DNA of 64,000 nucleotides from Macrostomum lignano (Eukaryota): NCBI GenBank assembly GCA_002269645.1, contig NIVC01003733.1, positions 15,720 to 79,719 of the forward strand, read 5' to 3'. Shown piece by piece: positions 58,756 to 64,000 of this stretch (position 1 is its first letter; each line of letters starts with the position of its first letter). The notes under the pieces were generated by a model. It saw only the letters and a program-made list of their open reading frames with translations, ran no database searches and was not told where the DNA came from. The position numbers and the translations under genes were made by a program.

Positions 58756-59215
58756 TGCGGCGGCCACGTGCGCTTCCTGCCGGCTTCTGCGGCGGCCACG
58801 TGCGCTTCCTGCCGGCTTCTGCGGCGGCCACGTGCGCTTCCTGCCGGCTTCTGCGGCGGCCACCTGCGCTTCCTGCCGGCTTCTGCGGCGGCCACCTGCG
58901 CTTCCTGCCGGCTTCTGCGGCGGCCACGTGCGCTTCCCGCCCGGCCATCTGCGCGCCTCGCCCGGCCGCCTTCGCGTCTTGCCGGCCACCTGCGTGCCCT
59001 GTCGGCCATCTGCGCGTCCTGTCGGCAACCTGCGTGCCCTGTCGGCCATCTGCGCGTCCTGTCGGCAACCTGCGCTTCCTGCCCGGCCATCTGCGCGTCC
59101 TGTCGGCAACCTGCGCTTCCCGCCCGGCCATCTGCGCTTCCTGCTGGCCACCTGCGTGTCCTGTCGGCAACTTGCGCGTCCCGCCCGGCCATCTGCTCGT
59201 CCTGCCGGCCGCCTG
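58756..59215 (+). repeat. GC-rich tandem repeats in the retroelement 3' region (six 32-bp units, then ~20-bp derivatives)
   Basis: TGCGGCGGCCACSTGCGCTTCCTGCCGGCTTC with period 32. Confidence 0.9.
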
Positions 59216-59456
59216 CGATGGTTTTCTGTGCCGCCAGCTTTGAAAGCCTATTCCGTGCCCCGTGGTTGCTCCTGACGAACTCGCGTGCAGAATACTAGTA
59301 CCTTTTTCATATTTCTCTTGCGGCAACCTTTTTTTTGCTTTTCCCTGTTGCATTAGTTTGTTCCCAATTTTTTTTGTTTTTGATTTTTTTGCTTTGTTAT
59401 TTAAAAAATTTGGAATCCCAGTCGCCGTGGTTCGAGCTCCGCCCTGTTTTTTTTGT

Positions 59457-59468
59457 AGGAGGGGAGGG
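59457..59468 (+). promoter_or_regulatory. Polypurine tract
   Basis: AGGAGGGGAGGG immediately 5' of the 3' LTR TG. Confidence 0.9.
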
Positions 59469-60338
59469 TGTAGTGCATGCGCCCTTGTCAGTTGGCAGGG
59501 CGCGTTGCACTTTGGGGCTGGTTGGGGGGGGGGTTGGCGGGCGTGGCAGGGTCTGGCCCCGGCCGGGCTTTGCGCGTGCCCCTCCCCAGCCGTGCCCCTG
59601 CCCCGTGCTCAGGGCTGGTTGGCTGCGGCCGGGCCAGCTTTGGCGCGGGTGCAGCCCCTCCCCCTTAGGCGGGGTTTTGATTGGCTGGGCCGGCGTGGTT
59701 TGTTTTGGTGAGCTTAGCCGGTGGGGCCGTCTGCCCCAGGGTTTGGGTGCTATTTATGGTGCGACTCTGGCTCTTGCCCGCCTCCTGCGTGCTTTTTGTG
59801 TTTTGGTGTGCTCCGAGAGTGCAAGCGCGAGACCTGATAAAAGAAACAGCAACATTAGCTACTTGGATAAAAGAAACACAATAGCCTAATTGAGAAGAGT
59901 CTTGGAGAATTAAGAAGAAGTCGGAAACTGCGCTTGAGACCTGCGAATAATAAACGGTGAACAGTCATCTGGCCACTGGTAAGCCGCCTGCTGTTTGAGT
60001 CCTTTCTTTCCGGGAAGCTTGCTAGGCCGAATTCTTGCCAGAGCGTCATAACGCCGGAAGACCATATAGCTTCTGTAGTACGGTACCGTTTACCATATAT
60101 ATTGCGTACGCCCTACGGTATAGAGAATAGAAGCACTCGAGAGTGTCACCACACCTCGAGCCGCAGCGTGAACTCTGAGTGTCACAACACCAGAGGGATC
60201 GAATTATTATCGCAGAGCGTCGCCACGCCTGCTCGTCGTATTCATAAAAGTACAGACAGAGCGTCACAACGCCTGTTATATCACATATAATATATATTGT
60301 ACTCGGGACTGGGCACCCAAGCCGACCCGGGTTACAAC
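59469..60338 (+). repeat. 3' LTR (~870 bp)
   Basis: Differs from the 5' LTR by at least four substitutions and two homopolymer indels found by eye, all in the first ~360 bp; ends TTACAAC(T). Confidence 0.95.
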
Positions 60339-60649
60339 TTTTAGACTTTAGAAATTTGAAAGCAACTCAAAGAGAAAACACGCTTTGAGAGAAGCCAGAG
60401 AGTCAACTGGCAAGGTTGCCGTGAACTTTTAAACGCTACATGACGTCAGCTCTTTGCGAACTTAAGGCTGACAGCCACCTTTAGTCTGCAATTGGTGGAG
60501 CAATTTTTTTGAGGGCCTTTTGAAATTAACAGAATATTTTTTGACGTGGACAAGAACACTTACAGAATATTCTTGAACAAAATTCTGTTATCAGCTGAAT
60601 GACAATTACGTAAATTTTAAGAATTTAATGTTAAGAATCGGCGCTTGAC

Positions 60650-61490
60650 TAAGATTGGGATCTGGATTGGGAGTAAGGTTGGGATCTGGATTGGGATTAA
60701 TATTGGGATCTGGATTGGGATTAAGATTGGGATCTGGATTTGGACTAAGACCGGAATATAGATTGGGACTAAGGTTGGGATCTGGATTAGGACTAAGATT
60801 GGGATCTGGATTGGGACTAAGGTGGGGATCTGGATTAGGACTAAGATTGGGACTAAGATTGGGATCTGATTGGGATTAAGATTGGGACTAAGATTGGGAC
60901 TAAGATTGGGACTAAGATTGGGACTAAGATTGGGACTAAGATTGGGATTAAGATTGGGACTAAGACCGGAATATAGATTGGGACTAAGGTTGGGATCTAG
61001 ATTGGGACTAAGACCGGAATATAGATTGGGACTAAGGTTGGGATCTGGATTGGGACTAAGACCGGAATATAGATTGGGACCAAGGTTGGGATCTGGATTA
61101 GGACTAAGGTTGGGATCTGGATTGGGACTAAGGTTGGGATCTGGATTAGGACTAAGATTGGGATCTGGATTGGGATTAAGATTGGGATCTGGATTGGGAC
61201 TAAGACCGGAATATAGATTGGGACTAAGGTTGGGATCTGGATTAGGACTAAGATTGGGACTAAGATTGGGATCTGATTGAGATTAAGATTGGGACCAAGA
61301 TTGGGACTAAGATTGGGACTAAGATTAGGATCTGATTGGGATTAAGATTGGGACAAAGATTGGGACTAAGATTGGGACTAAGATTGGGATCTGATTGGGA
61401 TTAAGATTGGGACTAAGATTGGGATCTGATTGGGATTAAGATTGGGATCTGGATTGGGACTAAGATTGGGATCTAGATTGGGACTAAAAT
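60650..61490. repeat. 12-bp-based minisatellite (GATTGGGACTAA / GATTGGGATCTG)
   Basis: Direct reading. Confidence 0.92.
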
Positions 61491-61987
61491 CGGGATTGTG
61501 AATTAATATGGATTACAATTGACTAAAAGTGAGAAGTTATACATTATTAAAGGCAGTTCATTCTGCTAGCAGGTTTTTAAGCCACCAGTCTTGGCATTTT
61601 TGGCATTTTAGCGAGATTTGACTTGATAATGTCTGCTGCTCGCTAAAGCAAGCACGCCTTGCAGCCCTGGGCCTGGGTCTGGGCCCCTGTTGGCTATATA
61701 ACTGAAGTATGCAACGGTCAGAGGTCAGAAACATTTTACCTAACTAAATTTCAACTCCTGATACGAGTTGAGTAAGTTCGCTCAAGTTTTACGCACAGGC
61801 TGTGCTAGAAATTTGTTCAAATATTGAGCTTTTGGACTAACGGAGCTTTGGAGGGCAATCTCGAGTTTGGGGTGAACCAGAGAACATTTTTCCTGCGTAA
61901 TATTGATATCTCTAGTAATTAATAATTCCATGACAGACGGTTTTAAAAATATGTTTATGATTACATTCACGAGAAATACAAGGTTCA

Positions 61988-62322
61988 CCATGATGGATAT
62001 GAGATTCACACTGATAGATATGAGATTCAGACTGATAGACATGAGATTCATGCTGATAGACATGAGATTCACGCTGATAGACATGAGATTCATGCTGATA
62101 GACATGAGATTCACACTGATAGACATGAGATTCACACTGATTGATATGAGATTTACACTGATAGACATGAGATTCACACTGATAGACATGAGATACACGC
62201 TGATAGATAAGACATTCAAATTGACAGATATGAGATTCACATAGACATGAGATTCACACTGATAGATAAGACATTCACACTGATAGATATGAGATTCACA
62301 TAGAGATGAGATTCACACTGAT
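61988..62322. repeat. 21-bp minisatellite (ATGAGATTCACACTGATAGAC)
   Basis: Direct reading. Confidence 0.9.
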
Positions 62323-62742
62323 AGGTACTAGAAAACTGATTCTCAGAAAGTCGCCACAAAATTTGCCTTTCGAATGCTAATGAGACGTGCAACTGCTGCA
62401 ATATATTTTGCTTAGCTGGGAGTTTCTGGCGTGCTCGATCACTAATTATTTAAAACAACTTTTTACACAACAGACACAATCACGGAGCGGACAATCGATT
62501 ACTTAGCTGTTAAAAGACAAAGCGATTTTGCCGATAAAAATCTTACAAGACGAAAGATTATTGTAAATCTATTCGTACTGAACCGAACTGTCAGTCATAT
62601 TCAACTAGGATAGAGGCATTGCATTGCCTTGCCAAGCTAAAATGCGAGAGCGGGAGTAGCTGATGCTCGGGACAGCGGGGGAGAACACGGGGGTCACAGA
62701 GTTCGGATTAGTAACTCGGCAAGTGTTCCAGGCTCTTGTCTC

Positions 62743-63290
62743 CTAATAGAAGAGGCCTTTAGTAGCCTCTCTTGTCCGACGGCCGCAGGCCATGAGGCAG
62801 CCGCGGAAACCCATGTACCGACTGACGCAGTCGCGGTTGCAGGAGGCCTTCAGCTGCCGGCTGGCGTCGGCCTCGGAGCAGTCGGTCATGCAGTCGAAGA
62901 ACCCCTCGAAGCACTGCGCATAGCAGGTGGGCATCCGAGGCCCGCAGCGCTGGCCGCAGTGGAAGCCACTTCTGGCGCACCGGGTCCTGCAGGCGACCTC
63001 ATCCCCGGTGGAGCAGCACTCAGCCTTGGCAGTCCTGCAGTCTTCGTGGCAAGCGGCAGTCTCCGAGCTGCGACAGCAGTCTGCCTCTGCTGCAGAAGCA
63101 GCTGCCGCGAGCCGAAGGCTGCCCAGCCTCCCTCCGCTCCAGCAGGAGAACAACCAGCAGCACCGACAGCTGCTTAGAGACTGGCTAGAATTCAGTAGAA
63201 AAGTGTTGTTAGTAAAACGTAAACCATTTTAAGTATTGATAAACCAGGCGAGTGACTCACGAATCGGTTAAAGAAGTTCATCAGAGCCAT
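62743..63290 (-). CDS. Small two-exon cysteine-rich, probably secreted protein with seven CX3C motifs
   Basis: Exon 1 63290-63261 (MALMNFFNRF|GTGAGT); intron with TACTAAC branch point at 63208-63214; exon 2 63180-62743 in frame; 18 regularly spaced Cys in the C-terminal ~110 aa. Confidence 0.7.
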
Positions 63291-63864
63291 CTTGATTGCT
63301 TGTACCGCACGCCGCTGAGAGGTGTCAGTTTGAATTTCTGCGCTTCTTCAGCAGCCAGGACTGTCGCCAATTTATAGACAAACTCCTCCCCTCTCCGCCT
63401 CTTGTGCTATCCTCTTTCCTGCAGAATTTGTCAGTTCTAACCAAATTTGGATTGGCTAAAGCCTGTCGTTTATTGGCTGGGGTGTTTGAACGCGGTTTCA
63501 ACAGATTGAAGCGTTCACATGCAGTGAACGTGCAGGCCGCTCAGTCGAGCGCGGAGGGTGTCTGGTCGGAAATGAAAACAAGAAACGAAAGGCATCAGTA
63601 AGAAGGGGTTGCTTTGATTAGGAAGAGATAGATTGCCAATAAAATGCCAATCTCTGCTGACAACTTCGTGGTAAATAGTTCAGCTAGGCGTCCTGTTTAC
63701 TATGAAAATGATAACAATACAAAGTATAGAAATGTCCTGCCGCCGACTCTACATGATTGCTTGAACATGGAGGGCTTTCTTGGGTGACTTTTCGCGTAAA
63801 ATATGAAAATAAAATCGAAATGAGGATGCAGATTTCACAGAGTGGCTGAAAGTTAATATCTGTG

Positions 63865-64000
63865 AGTGACACAAAAACAGTGAGTGACACAACAACAGTT
63901 AGTGACACAAAAACAGTGAGTGACACAAAAAGTGAGTGACACAAAAACAGTGAGTGACACAACAACAGTTAGTGACACAAAAACAGTGAGTGACACAAAA
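63865..64000. repeat. ~18-bp tandem repeat (AGTGACACAAAAACAGTG), runs off the window
   Basis: Direct reading. Confidence 0.9.

Larger units (their letters stand above)
50529..60338 (+). mobile_element. Full-length Ty3/Gypsy LTR retrotransposon (~9.8 kb) with an extra J-domain ORF
   Basis: Paired LTRs, PBS, gag, PR-RT-RH-IN domain order, PPT; no target-site duplication. Confidence 0.97.

Overview
Repeat-dense eukaryotic (invertebrate metazoan) genomic DNA with spliceosomal genes. The TTAGGG tracts and microsatellite style suggest a flatworm such as Macrostomum, which is inference only. (1) 184-16.6 kb: 5' end of a minus-strand ankyrin gene, with one clear 102-nt coding exon and several candidate phase-0 alternative first exons separated by large simple-sequence arrays. 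(2) 18-30 kb: almost entirely satellite DNA; the very long ORFs there are artefacts. (3) 30.5-39.1 kb: a complete 7-exon, about 969-aa minus-strand metabotropic glutamate receptor-like class C GPCR. Its distal glutamate-binding Lys is replaced by Leu, and its intron 5 carries eight tandem copies of its own splice donor. (4) 41.5-50.5 kb: a decayed Polinton/Maverick (adintovirus-like) element with rve integrase, capsid and packaging ATPase fragments, paralogous small ORFs and a hairpin-rich left end. It is invaded by a hAT element, a nested MITE and a satellite-bearing Helitron. (5) 50.5-60.3 kb: a young Ty3/Gypsy LTR retrotransposon (Lys-tRNA PBS, gag, -1 frameshift, pol, PPT, about 99% identical LTRs). 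It carries an extra intact 315-aa ORF, made of an Hsp40 J-domain, a SIM-like/acidic tract and an unknown helical domain, in the env position; this is the most novel feature. (6) 62.7-63.3 kb: a small two-exon gene for a Cys-rich protein with repeated CX3C motifs. All coordinates and alignments were derived by eye; no database search was run.
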